Positions 46,846-57,190 are shown, counted from the first letter of the stretch. The stretch is DNA of 64,000 nucleotides from Candidatus Sericytochromatia bacterium (GCA_035285865.1 JAYKHS010000030.1:121643-185642), one strand, 5' to 3'. Numbers and translations: made by a program. The notes: a model not told the origin generated them from the sequence alone.

Positions 46846-47967
46846 CTAGTTCTTCGGCGAGGCCGTGAATTCTTGGCCGTTCATCTTGAACTTGACCGAG
46901 AGCACACCGTTCTGGAGACTGACCGACGTGGCGTTCAGCGTCAGACTGCCCTTCTTGAGTTGACCGTTGCTCGTGACCTTCACGAAGTCCGACGGACCTC
47001 GACCGAAGTAGAGGCTGGTACCTTGGAAACTGCCTGGCCAAGTAACGGCCTGACTTGCCGCACCGTTCTGGCCAGACAGATTGACGACCGTACCCTGAGC
47101 CTTGGCCGCAACCGAGGCCTGGCCGAGCATGGTCCTCGCCTGCGCACCGCTCGCCACACGCGCCTGAGCGGCCTGCCGCGACCGGTCACCCGCGAACGCG
47201 TTGGCCGCAACCTTGGCCTTGGAGCCGGCCCCACCCGCATTGAGCGTGGCCAGCGACCGCGCGTACAGGAACGTATCCACCTCGTGGTAGGACAGGTACG
47301 TGTAGACATCCACCGGCGGGTCGACGGCGACCTTCGTGACCACCTCGCTCGACTTAGGTTCCCAAGCGGTGGTTACCGGCTCGGACGCCGTGACGTCGTA
47401 GGATGGAGCTGCCTGGGAGAGCGTCTCCCCGGTCTTCGGGTCGGTCCATGTCAAGGTGTCCGTGACCCTGTAGGTCACCTCAAAGACCTTGTGGTACCGA
47501 CGTTGCCACCGGGTCACGTCGAACAGCTTGTAGGGTTGCTCGGTCCGCGTGACCTTGTACTCGTCGAACCGTTGCTTCGTGTAGAACTTCTGGACACGCC
47601 CCGAGACCGTGTTGAAGATCGTCTTGGGGCCCGCGCGCTCCGTGAGCTCCTTGTTGTTGGGCCAGTTGTAGATGGTGATGATGGGGGCGTCATTACGGCG
47701 CTCCTCAGTCGTGACCTTTTCGGTTTCTTCCATCACGCTGCTCAGTTCGCGCCGACCGACTTCCTTCCTCGAGGTGGTGGTCGTGACGGAGTCCTCGCAG
47801 ACCGTATAGTTGACGCTTTCCTGATCGTAAAGTTGCCAGCGGTGACTTCCGGGGTCCGGGTAATTGTGGGCCTGGGCAGGGGTGCCGACCGAGAGCGTAG
47901 TGGCAAGGAATGCCAACAACGCCGTCGTCCGGTGACCCAGATGCCCGCGGTTGCGGTCAAGGCTCAT
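46846..47967 (-). CDS. Secreted beta-strand-rich protein, mature N-terminal His
   Basis: GGAGG SD; signal peptide AQA|HNY; T/V/E/K/Y-rich; strong codon bias. Confidence 0.8.
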   Translation of the reverse strand: MSLDRNRGHLGHRTTALLAFLATTLSVGTPAQAHNYPDPGSHRWQLYDQESVNYTVCEDSVTTTTSRKEVGRRELSSVMEETEKVTTEERRNDAPIITIYNWPNNKELTERAGPKTIFNTVSGRVQKFYTKQRFDEYKVTRTEQPYKLFDVTRWQRRYHKVFEVTYRVTDTLTWTDPKTGETLSQAAPSYDVTASEPVTTAWEPKSSEVVTKVAVDPPVDVYTYLSYHEVDTFLYARSLATLNAGGAGSKAKVAANAFAGDRSRQAAQARVASGAQARTMLGQASVAAKAQGTVVNLSGQNGAASQAVTWPGSFQGTSLYFGRGPSDFVKVTSNGQLKKGSLTLNATSVSLQNGVLSVKFKMNGQEFTASPKN

Positions 47968-48098
47968 GCGGTCCTCCAACGTGAAAGGGAATCCATTGGG
48001 ATTCTGGTCATTTCATTCCCGTCGGATGCGGATAGTTACCTCGATTTCACGAAATTCCACAACCTTGTTGATGTGCCGATGGCGTATCGGCTGGTCGC

Positions 48099-49511
48099 TC
48101 ACAAGCGCTCCGGCAGGGCCTCGGCCAATGGCGCTTCCAGGGCGCGCCGAGCGTTGATCCGCCCATAGCCATACGCGGGGTCCCATCGGGGGCTACCCAG
48201 ATCATCCGCGGTGGCCGCGAGGTGTGCTGCCAGCCGATCGGCCCAGACACGCGGCGGTAGTGCCGCGGCTTCGGCTGCGCGCGTCCAGGTGACCAGTGCT
48301 GCGAGGCCGGCAGCCAGGGGCGTCGCGGAACTGGTGCCGTTGAAGAGTGCCCAGCGCTGTGATCCCCCTCGGACAGACTGCGACACGGGGGCATAGACCA
48401 TGTTGCCGCCTGCCGTCAGGAACAGCTCCGGTCCGGTCGTGCTGTAGGGAGCAAGCCATTCGGTATCGAGGTACCGCATCGTGCAGCCGATAGCCAAGGC
48501 ACCCGGTTGGTTGGCCGGAGCAGCCACCTTGTCGGTCCAGGCCTCGTTGCCGGAGGCCACGAAAACGGGTATGCCGAGGTCTTTCAGGACGTCGATCGCC
48601 TCCACATAGGCAGGCAGGACGCGCGGATCGTATCCGCCGAGGCTCATCGACACCACACGGACGGGGCCGATGCCGTTGCCCTGAAGCTCAGGCGCCGTTT
48701 CCCCCGGCTGGCCGAACCGCGCCGAGAGCTTGAGCGCTTGCAGGATGGCGAAGTCCGTGATGCCGCTGTTCTGATCCGAAACACGCACGGCGAGGATGCG
48801 GGCACCGGGAGCCATGCCCGCCCCACCTGCCCCGTCGAGGCGTGATCCGACGAGCCCGGCGCAAGCGGTTCCGTGATCGGACATGGGGTCGGCATCGGTG
48901 GTTCGAATCAGGTTCTCGTCGACCAGGCTCTCCACGGCATCCAGATTCTTTAGGACATCAAGGTCCGGATGGGAGGCGTCCGAGCCCGTGTCGATGACCG
49001 CCACGACCGGGGGGCGACCAAGGTTTGCGGACCGGGCCTGCCAGATTGCGTGGGCTCCTTCGACATCCATGTACCGGGTGCCGAAGGACCACTGGAACCT
49101 GTCGAGGGGCTCCGTGGAACTGACGCGGCGCAAAGTGGACGGAGGCAGAAGGCGCCGCTCGGCCGTCGCCCTTCTGGCTGCCTCTCCGGCAAGCCCCTCG
49201 ACGAGGCCCCACGTCCGCTTGAAGGTTACCGTGCCGAGCACGCGCGCTCCGGTATGCTCGGTCTTCCATGCGGCCACTTCCGCTGCATCACGCCACGCCA
49301 CGACGTGGCGGCCCGTCAGGATCGGCTCGGACAACCGTGCCGATGTGCCGGTGACGAGCGGGGGCAGTACGGGCGAGGGGCCGGCGGTCTCCCCCTCGGA
49401 GATGGCCGTCGCACGGGGTGTCATGGCGCCGGGCGCGCTCGGAGGTGGCGATTCGGCACAGGCAGGAGCTACCGACACAAGGATCGCGAGCAACGGACGG
49501 ATGCGTTTCAA
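48099..49511 (-). CDS. S8 subtilase, probable lipoprotein
   Basis: VIDTG / HGTACAG / NGTSSA triad, ASGN, YGYGRINA. Confidence 0.9.
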   Translation of the reverse strand: MKRIRPLLAILVSVAPACAESPPPSAPGAMTPRATAISEGETAGPSPVLPPLVTGTSARLSEPILTGRHVVAWRDAAEVAAWKTEHTGARVLGTVTFKRTWGLVEGLAGEAARRATAERRLLPPSTLRRVSSTEPLDRFQWSFGTRYMDVEGAHAIWQARSANLGRPPVVAVIDTGSDASHPDLDVLKNLDAVESLVDENLIRTTDADPMSDHGTACAGLVGSRLDGAGGAGMAPGARILAVRVSDQNSGITDFAILQALKLSARFGQPGETAPELQGNGIGPVRVVSMSLGGYDPRVLPAYVEAIDVLKDLGIPVFVASGNEAWTDKVAAPANQPGALAIGCTMRYLDTEWLAPYSTTGPELFLTAGGNMVYAPVSQSVRGGSQRWALFNGTSSATPLAAGLAALVTWTRAAEAAALPPRVWADRLAAHLAATADDLGSPRWDPAYGYGRINARRALEAPLAEALPERL

Positions 49512-50737
49512 GGACGCTCACCCCGCAAGAGCTCGACCGAATCCATCGGTCGTCGGTCCACGTCGAGACCGCCCGCAAGCCAGAGGTCACCGGACTCGTC
49601 CGCGCGCAGGGCCGAGTGGCTGCGCGGCTGGCGCGTATTCGGCCCCGTCGACCACACGCGCTTGTCAAGATCCAGCACATCACAGCGTGATACGGTTTCG
49701 CCACGGTCATCGCGACCACCGACGACCCAGAGTCTTGCGCCCACGATTGCCGCTCTGGCACCGTGTCGGGCCCTCGGCAGGTCGGGCAGGCGCTCCCACC
49801 TGTCCTCGGCAATGTCGTATCGCCAGCACCACGCCTCTGCGGCAGGCCGAGCCCCGTTGGCTTCGACCACGACCTGACCGACCTCGGGCTTGCCCGGCTT
49901 TCCGTCTGCGTCCAGCCAGGACAGCCCACCGGCCAGATACACGGAGCCCGGTGCCCACGCCACGGCCGGGTCGCTGACGGGCTCGGGCAGGTCGGCAAGG
50001 CGCTGCCACCGAAGCGAATCGAAGGAGACTCGCTCGAAGGTCCGGAAGGTTGCTCTCAGATGGAGCGGATAGTCGGCGTAGGCGTCCGGAATCTCCCGTG
50101 TGGCCTCTCCGCCTGCCACGTAGACATGCTGGGCATCCCCGTCCGGTATGGCACCGACAGCCGAGCGATGGGCCGAGAAGGAGCTGAGGGAGGACGGCCC
50201 CGGGGACATCTGGCCGGTGAATGGATTGAAGAGCAGGGGCGTGAAGTCGACCGTGAAGCCTCCGACCTCGAGCGGATTGCCCAGCAACATGACCCAGGGA
50301 CCGAAGAGAACTGGCGGGCTGAGCGGGTGCATCAGCGCGGGAACGAAGGGCGGAATTTCCCAGCCTGTTCCGGGATCCGCGAATGGCCGCGCCGTCCACT
50401 GTGCCGTGCGCTCATCAAGGACTTCCAGCTGATTTCGGTTGTCTCCACCCATCGCCATCACGAATCCGCGGTACCGGAACAAGCCGTGGAAGGCCCGCGG
50501 ATGCTTCAGCGGGGGGAGGTCCTGCCAGATGCCAGGAGTCAGGGGAACAATCGCAGCCTCCAGCCTCCCAGACACCGGCGTGGCCTCGGGGGCTGGGCTC
50601 GCGACGCCAGCGACAGGCGTGGTCGGTGCGGACGTCGCCGTCGCGGGCAGGCTGGTCAGAGGTCCCTGCTGCGACACCGCGTTGGCGTTGCACGCCGCTG
50701 CGAGGAGCGGAATCGACCAGATGCCGTATCTGTTCAC
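49508..50737 (-). CDS. Kelch-repeat lipoprotein
   Basis: LAAC lipobox; repeated GG...W...P.LP..R units. Confidence 0.8.
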   Translation of the reverse strand: MNRYGIWSIPLLAAACNANAVSQQGPLTSLPATATSAPTTPVAGVASPAPEATPVSGRLEAAIVPLTPGIWQDLPPLKHPRAFHGLFRYRGFVMAMGGDNRNQLEVLDERTAQWTARPFADPGTGWEIPPFVPALMHPLSPPVLFGPWVMLLGNPLEVGGFTVDFTPLLFNPFTGQMSPGPSSLSSFSAHRSAVGAIPDGDAQHVYVAGGEATREIPDAYADYPLHLRATFRTFERVSFDSLRWQRLADLPEPVSDPAVAWAPGSVYLAGGLSWLDADGKPGKPEVGQVVVEANGARPAAEAWCWRYDIAEDRWERLPDLPRARHGARAAIVGARLWVVGGRDDRGETVSRCDVLDLDKRVWSTGPNTRQPRSHSALRADESGDLWLAGGLDVDRRPMDSVELLRGERP

Positions 50738-52674
50738 CGGCGCGCTCCTCGCGTCGCCGCTGACTGCGTCGGAAACGACCTCCCCCGCGCAGCCAAGGCA
50801 TCGAGGTCGAGCCGCTCCACGGAAGACAACTGGACATCAGGATCGTTGTCGGCGGGGGGAAGGGTGTTGAATGCTCCCGTGCGGCGGGTCCCCCCGATGG
50901 CATACACATATCGCCCCATCGTGGCCATCACGTGGCGTTCCCTTGGCGTTGCCAGCGGGGGCAGCGGTGTCCAGCCCGATTGCCTGTTCTCCAGAATCCA
51001 GGTGGAGGCGGATGTCACGAAAGGAGCTCGCTCGCCACCCGAGAGCACCAGACCTCGTGGCGACCTCGCCATCGCGGCCATGCTGATGGGGACGGGGAGC
51101 GAGGGCAGGACCTGTCGAACATTGCCCTCCGAATCGATGCGTTCCACGTCACCGAGTCGAGCCGCAGGCGCGGTCCGCTCATACTCCTGCTCGACGACAA
51201 GTGAGTGTCCGCCCGCCACGAAGACGTCACGGCCATCGGCAAGCAAGCTGGTGTCGGTCTCGCGACTGGTGGGCACGACAGACGCCGTGCTTGCCGTCCA
51301 CGATCCGGACGCTTCCCGCACGAGCCATTGCCACGGGAGGGGGTCGCGTTCCCGGAGCCAGTACCCGGACAGGCTCCCGAAGGCCGGGAACGAATCGGCG
51401 ACGAGGGCCATCAGGCCAGAGGCTCCGTCGACGAGCAGCAGCGGTCGGTGACTGCCAGCTTCGAGTTGGCCGCTCTCGAGCGTCCAAGCGGCATCTGCCT
51501 TGCAAGCACCGTCGGAAAGGCCGAGCGAAGCCAGATAACCGGCCTGATCGAGCAGCCATATCCGATTTTCCTTGACCACTGCCATGGGGTTGCCGGACCT
51601 GAACGGCAGGTCGGGACCTCGAGACCACGTTGCTTCCGCACTACCGGTGTCGAGGCACCAGCAAGTGTCGTTGGTCTGCACGCTTCCGGCATCGCTCAGG
51701 GATCTGCCACCCATGACCCAGAGGCCGCCCGCCGCGGCGATGGCCGCAGCATGGCCCCGAGGGGCCGGCAGGTCGGGACCGCTTTCCCAGGCAGCAAGTG
51801 GCCACGAGGCCGTGGCCTCCCCACCTGCGGCAACGTCAACGGCCGTGGTCGCCACGACAATACCTGCCACGCCCATTTCCATGGTCAGTTCGAGGATGCG
51901 ACGACCTGGCGAGAGGCCCGTCCATCGCACGGAACGGCCATCCTGGGTACCGGCATCGAGGTTGTCGATGCCCACGGAGGTCAGATCATCGGCGCGCAGC
52001 GATGCTCTGGCCCCCTCAGGCCAGCCCCGGAACCCGAAGACCACACTGCCGGAGACAGGAGCGCGTGCCTCCTCCGGTTTGCGGCCCGCAAGCAGATCAG
52101 TCGCGATGCCGGAGACATCCAACAACCGCGGATGGCTCCCTGGAACGCGTGCCAACAGGTCCGAGATGGCTTCGCGCACCTTGGCCACCGTCTGCGTGGC
52201 AGGTATGCCAGAACCATTCCAGAACGCGCGCCATATGGCCGCGGCAGCCGTGCTGCGCTCATCAAGCTCCACGGATGCCGTCTCGCCAGAAATGAGCGTG
52301 GCGAAGCCGCCCCAGGGACGACGCGGTGAGCCGGACAGCTGTTCCCAGTCGAGCACCAGATCACCCGTCCCGGCGAGGTCCTCCACCTGCAGCTTCCCAC
52401 CGGTTTCGGGCAAGGTCACGACCTGGTCCAGAATCGACTCGCCATCGCGTGTCCAGATGCGTAGCCGGCCGGCACCACCGACAGACATGGGGATTCGGAC
52501 CTGCAGGGGGGCCACTGCGGCGTGATCCATCTTCGCTGCTGGCAGGACCGCCGGTCGGTGAGTCGGTACGGCACACCCGCTCTGGGACAGCAGCAGCAGA
52601 GTCGCGACGCCTACGCAGCGAGACAACTTGAATGGGCTCACCTTGCTGGTTGTACCCATCAATGCTGGATGCAC
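50734..52674 (-). CDS. Kelch-repeat protein, probable lipoprotein
   Basis: QSGC; C-terminal W..GP.LP.PR...GG repeats; start uncertain. Confidence 0.75.
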   Translation of the reverse strand: MHPALMGTTSKVSPFKLSRCVGVATLLLLSQSGCAVPTHRPAVLPAAKMDHAAVAPLQVRIPMSVGGAGRLRIWTRDGESILDQVVTLPETGGKLQVEDLAGTGDLVLDWEQLSGSPRRPWGGFATLISGETASVELDERSTAAAAIWRAFWNGSGIPATQTVAKVREAISDLLARVPGSHPRLLDVSGIATDLLAGRKPEEARAPVSGSVVFGFRGWPEGARASLRADDLTSVGIDNLDAGTQDGRSVRWTGLSPGRRILELTMEMGVAGIVVATTAVDVAAGGEATASWPLAAWESGPDLPAPRGHAAAIAAAGGLWVMGGRSLSDAGSVQTNDTCWCLDTGSAEATWSRGPDLPFRSGNPMAVVKENRIWLLDQAGYLASLGLSDGACKADAAWTLESGQLEAGSHRPLLLVDGASGLMALVADSFPAFGSLSGYWLRERDPLPWQWLVREASGSWTASTASVVPTSRETDTSLLADGRDVFVAGGHSLVVEQEYERTAPAARLGDVERIDSEGNVRQVLPSLPVPISMAAMARSPRGLVLSGGERAPFVTSASTWILENRQSGWTPLPPLATPRERHVMATMGRYVYAIGGTRRTGAFNTLPPADNDPDVQLSSVERLDLDALAARGRSFPTQSAATRGARR

Positions 52675-52774
52675 GCACGTCGGGACGTCCGTGCAGGTAC
52701 ACGAACGTCCCGACGGACAGGATCAAGTGCTTGCAGGATACGGTGGCGGCTGCGACGTCACCGCACGCCGCGCC

Positions 52775-53788
52775 TCAGGCCCCGCAGACGGTCTCGATCA
52801 GGATTGCACAGACCTCGTAAGGATCCATGTTTGCGGCTGGCCGCCGATCCTCGAGGTAGCCGAAACCTTTCTGCGCGGTGCCCATGGGGATGCGAATGGA
52901 GGCACCGCGGTCGCTGACGCCGTAGCGGAACTGATGGATGGCACACGTCTCATGCTTGCCGGTCAGCCTTTCCTCGTTGTGTGCGCCGTAGACTGCGATA
53001 TGGGCATCGTGACGAAGGCGCAACTTCTCGCAGGCCGCCTCGATCGCCTTGATGCCGCCCGGCTCGCGCATGGCCTTGGTGCTGAAATTCGTGTGCGCTC
53101 CGGCGCCGTTCCAATCACCCTTGACCGGCTTGGGGTGCAGGGTTGCGTGGATACCGTAATCCTCGCCGACGCGATAAAGCAGCCAGCGCGCCAGCCAGAG
53201 CTGGTCGGCCTGTTCCAGGGCGTCCGTCGCCTCGAGCTGGAACTCCCACTGGGCCGGCATGACTTCGGCGTTGATGCCGCAGATGCCGATGCCTGCATCC
53301 AGGCAGGCCCGGGTGTGGGCCTCGACCATCTCGCGCCCGAGGGCCTCGTCGGCACCGACCCCGCAGTAATATCCACCCTGGGGGGCGGGAAATCCGCGGT
53401 CAGGCCAACCCAGCGGCCTGTTGCCCTCGAAGAGGGTGTACTCCTGCTCGATGCCGAACCAAGTCTCATGCGCGGCATGCCGTGCGGCCAGATCACGGAG
53501 CCGTGCCCGGGTGTTCGAGGCATGCACGGTGCCGTCCGGATTCATGACTTCGCACAGTACGAGGATGTTGTCTCCGCCTCGGATCGGGTCGGCGATGAAG
53601 CGCACGGGCTTCAGGGCACAGTCGGAAAAGTGTCCTTCGGCCTGGAAGGTGCTGGAACCATCGAATCCCCATCCCGGCAGATCCTCGACGGACACCACGG
53701 GGCCGGGCAGAATCATCGTCTTGGACCGAAGCTTGGCTGTGGGCTTCTGCCCATCGATCCAGATGTATTCGGCTTGAATCTTGTTCAC
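52775..53788 (-). CDS. glnII: Glutamine synthetase type II
   Basis: 337 aa; AEYIWIDG, LRSKT, WGFDGSST, GIEQEY, PQG.YYCGVG, NAEVMPAQWEFQ, RLTGKHET, EDRRPAAN.DPY. Confidence 0.93.
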   Translation of the reverse strand: MNKIQAEYIWIDGQKPTAKLRSKTMILPGPVVSVEDLPGWGFDGSSTFQAEGHFSDCALKPVRFIADPIRGGDNILVLCEVMNPDGTVHASNTRARLRDLAARHAAHETWFGIEQEYTLFEGNRPLGWPDRGFPAPQGGYYCGVGADEALGREMVEAHTRACLDAGIGICGINAEVMPAQWEFQLEATDALEQADQLWLARWLLYRVGEDYGIHATLHPKPVKGDWNGAGAHTNFSTKAMREPGGIKAIEAACEKLRLRHDAHIAVYGAHNEERLTGKHETCAIHQFRYGVSDRGASIRIPMGTAQKGFGYLEDRRPAANMDPYEVCAILIETVCGA

Positions 53789-53916
53789 GTGCGTACTCTC
53801 GGATTGGCCGGGGACAGCGGGGCTGACGGCCGTCCAAGATACCGAAATCCCAGCCGTGCGTCCACGGCCCACCACCTTGGGGTGGCGCGGAGTCCGGGCA
53901 GGTATGATCGCCGTGG

Positions 53917-55875
53917 ATGGTTCCCCCGACCTGCCGTCCGCGGCCCGTTGCGCGCACGCTCGCTTTGGTGAGCGTGTCGCTTGCGATGCTTGCAGCCTGT
54001 CGCACGCCGCGTGGTCAAGATGCGACGATTGCCGGGCCGGTCCCTGCGGCCGTGAGCATGGTCTCGAGCGAATCCGTGCTTTCAGGCAGCGTCGTCGACG
54101 ATGGTGGGGAGCCTGTGACAGCCGTGGTGGTCCGGGCCTTCGTTGCCGGGGAGCTCCCCCAGGCGTCATCAGCGCGCCAGTTGGCCAAGGACGTCGATGC
54201 GCTCGTGGCCAACAACGCCGCCGGACTGGTTGCCCACGCCTCGGCTGGCTTGGCCGGGCCTGTCGGTCCCCGGATGGTGCAGGCCGGGGGGCGCGCCGCC
54301 GAGGAGCTTGCGTCGGGACTGACGGACGGGCAGGGCCACTTCCGGCTGGCCTTGCCCCCGGGACGCTACAACCTGGAAGCGCTTGGCAAGCCCGGTTTCA
54401 AAGGATGGCTTCCCGGTGTCGCGTGGGGCGCTGCGGGTGTCGATGCACCGCTCCCGATCCTGAGGCTGGCTGCAACGGCAACGCTGTCGGGGCAGGTCGA
54501 CATCCTGCCCGTCTCCGGTGCTCCCCTGCCAGAGGGAGGCGAGGTCCTGGTGGCCGGTTCCCCTTATGCAACTCCGGTACTCGCCGACGGCAGCTTCGTT
54601 CTGCCGGACTTGCCTGCAGGGCGTCTCGACGTCGTGGTCTGGCAGCCCGGACGCGGTGCGGTGCGCTATCCCCCCGAGGGCATGGTTCTGCTTCCTTCAG
54701 ACACCGTGCGCCTGCCCGTCATCGAGATTCCTGCACAGGGTTTGCCGTGGCGTGTGGTGCCGAGTGCCTCACCGAACGTGTCCCCGACTCCTGCATCGAC
54801 ACCTGCCGCTTCACGCTCACCCGAGCCGTCGGCGAGTCCCGGTCCGACCTCGATGCCGTCCCTAACGCCCGTGCCGGGTCCGACTTCGGTACCGACCTCC
54901 GAACCTGCCGTCACGCCGGATACGGGTGGGGGGGGCTCCCCTGCCCCCGGCCCTGGGCTGGCCACGCTCGAGGGGAGGATGGCGCGTGACGAGGCCGTCG
55001 TGGCCGTGGCGTTCTCTAGAGCGGGCCACCTTGCCGCGATTGTCGATGTCAGGGGTCGGGTGGCCATCCACGGGACGGATGCGATTACCACCTCACTCAC
55101 CTCTTGGGTTGCAACGGGTTCGGTGCGCTCCATCGCCTTGCAGCAAGCGCCGGGGTCTCCGGACGAGGATGTCTACCTCGCATTTGCCGACGGCCGCATG
55201 GAGCGGACACGTGCGCGGACAGACGGCTCCGTGCCGTCACCGGACCTCGTGATGCAAGTCAACTTGTCGGTCCCTGTCGCCTGGGCTGGGCCAGATGCCC
55301 AGAGTGCCGGCTTCTGGATCGGGGCCGGAGAGGTCCGGCATGAGTCCGCGCAGCCGCGAGAGTCGGCCGTCGTTGACCTGGGATCGGCACGCACGACGTG
55401 CGGAGACTGGCGGGATGGTCGGGTACTTGTCGGCCTCGACTCGGGCCAGGTCATGGTGCTCGATCGCTCGGACGGTCAACGGTTGGCAGCGTGGCAGACG
55501 CGTTCGTCGCCAGTCCTCGGGCTCGTCATAGGTGGCGTGGATCTGCGCACGGGCCAGGGCCTGATCCTGGGGACCCATCAGGACGGGACCATGACGCTCT
55601 GGAGTTATCCACAGGGCGCGCGCATCTGGGACCGCGCCTTCCCGGGGGGCAGGGACCGCATCGCCATGCCGCCGGGAGGTCCCCTGATTGCGGCCGTGGC
55701 CGAGCCGGATGATTCGGTCCGCCTGATCGACCTGCTGGGAGGCGGGGACAAGCAGGTGTTGCAGCCCGGTGTCGGGACCGTCCGTGCTCTGAGATTCACC
55801 CCGGATGGCAGTCGCTTGTGGGTCGTCGGCGCATCGGGCGCCTCCATCTGGCGGATGCCGAGCGCTGGTCAGTAG
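53917..55875 (+). CDS. Lipoprotein: carboxypeptidase-regulatory-like repeats, Pro-rich linker, WD40-like propeller
   Basis: LAAC; TDGQGHFRL..PPGRY; S/P/T linker; AVAFS, LRFTPDG, IW repeats. Confidence 0.75.
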   Translation: MVPPTCRPRPVARTLALVSVSLAMLAACRTPRGQDATIAGPVPAAVSMVSSESVLSGSVVDDGGEPVTAVVVRAFVAGELPQASSARQLAKDVDALVANNAAGLVAHASAGLAGPVGPRMVQAGGRAAEELASGLTDGQGHFRLALPPGRYNLEALGKPGFKGWLPGVAWGAAGVDAPLPILRLAATATLSGQVDILPVSGAPLPEGGEVLVAGSPYATPVLADGSFVLPDLPAGRLDVVVWQPGRGAVRYPPEGMVLLPSDTVRLPVIEIPAQGLPWRVVPSASPNVSPTPASTPAASRSPEPSASPGPTSMPSLTPVPGPTSVPTSEPAVTPDTGGGGSPAPGPGLATLEGRMARDEAVVAVAFSRAGHLAAIVDVRGRVAIHGTDAITTSLTSWVATGSVRSIALQQAPGSPDEDVYLAFADGRMERTRARTDGSVPSPDLVMQVNLSVPVAWAGPDAQSAGFWIGAGEVRHESAQPRESAVVDLGSARTTCGDWRDGRVLVGLDSGQVMVLDRSDGQRLAAWQTRSSPVLGLVIGGVDLRTGQGLILGTHQDGTMTLWSYPQGARIWDRAFPGGRDRIAMPPGGPLIAAVAEPDDSVRLIDLLGGGDKQVLQPGVGTVRALRFTPDGSRLWVVGASGASIWRMPSAGQ

Positions 55876-55889
55876 GCGCGACTCATCCG

Positions 55890-55928
55890 TCAAACAAAGA
55901 AAGACTCACCACCATTCGTGATGAAGCC
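55890..55928 (-). terminator. Intrinsic terminator after tRNA-Gly
   Basis: Minus GGCTTCATCAC-GAATG-GTGGTGAGTC followed by TTTCTTTGTTT. Confidence 0.6.
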
Positions 55929-55938
55929 TTCCGAAGAG

Positions 55939-56010
55939 AGCGGATGAAGGGATTCGAACCCTCGACCCCAACCTTGGCAAGGTTGTGTTCTACCACTGAA
56001 CTACATCCGC
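55939..56010 (-). tRNA. tRNA-Gly(GCC), CCA not encoded
   Basis: GCGGATGTAGTTCAGTGGTAGAACACAACCTTGCCAAGGTTGGGGTCGAGGGTTCGAATCCCTTCATCCGCT forms a cloverleaf. Confidence 0.97.
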
Positions 56011-56019
56011 AGCGCATTT

Positions 56020-56049
56020 AAGCTATCACCAATTCGCGGCGGTCGTCAA
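56020..56049 (-). promoter_or_regulatory. sigma70 promoter of tRNA-Gly
   Basis: TTGACG-N18-TAGCTT with extended TG. Confidence 0.7.
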
Positions 56050-56080
56050 ATGGGGCCATCCGGACGAGGCGTCGGGTATC

Positions 56081-57190
56081 ATGAGCTCGATGCTGGAACG
56101 CCTTCAGGAAGATAAGCTGACCGGGATCGTCAAGACCTATGACGACCTGGGACTCCTGATGGCTGACCCGGACGTGCTCTCGGATGCCGGTCGATATCGG
56201 GACTATGCAAAGTCTAGGGCCTCGCTCGAGGAGACCGTCGAGGCCTACGGCATCTGGCGCGACTTGCGCAAACAGCTTGACGGTGCGCTCGAGATGCGTC
56301 GTTCCGAGCAGGATGCCGAGCTTCGTGACATGGTGGAGGCGGAGGTGGCCGAGCTCGAGGCTCGCCTGGAGACCCTCGAGAAGCGGCTGACCATCTTGCT
56401 GTTGCCGCGTGACCCGATGGATGAGCGCAACATCGTCCTTGAGGTCCGGGCAGGCACGGGTGGTGACGAGGCGGCACTTTTCGCCGGGGATCTCGTGCGG
56501 ATGTACCGCATGTATGCCGAGGGTCGTGGCTGGAAGGTCGAATTGCTCAGCGTCAGCGAGATGGACCTTGGTGGCTTCAAGGAAGCCATCCTTGCCATCA
56601 AGGGCGATCGAGTCTACTCGCGGATGAAGTACGAGTCAGGTGTCCACCGGGTGCAACGTGTGCCCGTGACGGAGGCTTCAGGGCGCATCCACACATCGGC
56701 CGCGACGGTGGCCATCATGCCGGAGGCCGAGGAGGTCGATGTCACCATCAACCCCAAGGATCTCGTGATCGATACGTTCCGTGCCGGCGGGGCCGGAGGT
56801 CAGAACGTCAACAAGGTGGAGACCGCCGTCCGCATCACGCACGTGCCTTCCGGACTCGTGGTGGCCTGTCAGGATGAGCGCAGCCAGCACCAGAATCGCG
56901 AGAAGGCCATGCTGCTGCTTCGCACGCGCCTCAAGGACATCGAGGACCAGCGCGCGGCAAGCGAACAGGCTGCGGCTCGCCGCAGCCAGGTTGGCACCGG
57001 GGATCGCTCCGAACGCATCCGGACCTACAACTTTCCGGAGAACCGGGTCTCCGACCATCGCATCAAGCTTACGGTCCACGCGCTCTCGGACTTGCTCAAC
57101 GGCGAGATGGACATGGTGATCGAACCGTTGATTGCCGCGGATCAAGCCGAGCAGTTGGCGCGCCTCACGGCTACCGAGACGGCGATCTGA
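56081..57190 (+). CDS. prfA: Peptide chain release factor 1
   Basis: [26 protein letters not shown] (PVT), [14 protein letters not shown]; start may be 56090. Confidence 0.97.
   Translation: MSSMLERLQEDKLTGIVKTYDDLGLLMADPDVLSDAGRYRDYAKSRASLEETVEAYGIWRDLRKQLDGALEMRRSEQDAELRDMVEAEVAELEARLETLEKRLTILLLPRDPMDERNIVLEVRAGTGGDEAALFAGDLVRMYRMYAEGRGWKVELLSVSEMDLGGFKEAILAIKGDRVYSRMKYESGVHRVQRVPVTEASGRIHTSAATVAIMPEAEEVDVTINPKDLVIDTFRAGGAGGQNVNKVETAVRITHVPSGLVVACQDERSQHQNREKAMLLLRTRLKDIEDQRAASEQAAARRSQVGTGDRSERIRTYNFPENRVSDHRIKLTVHALSDLLNGEMDMVIEPLIAADQAEQLARLTATETAI

Noticed and set aside
53789..53916. Glutamine riboswitch upstream of GSII
   Set aside because: No recognisable glnA-motif consensus
55876..56010. 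Integrated element at tRNA-Gly
   Set aside because: No integrase and no duplicated tRNA 3' end noticed
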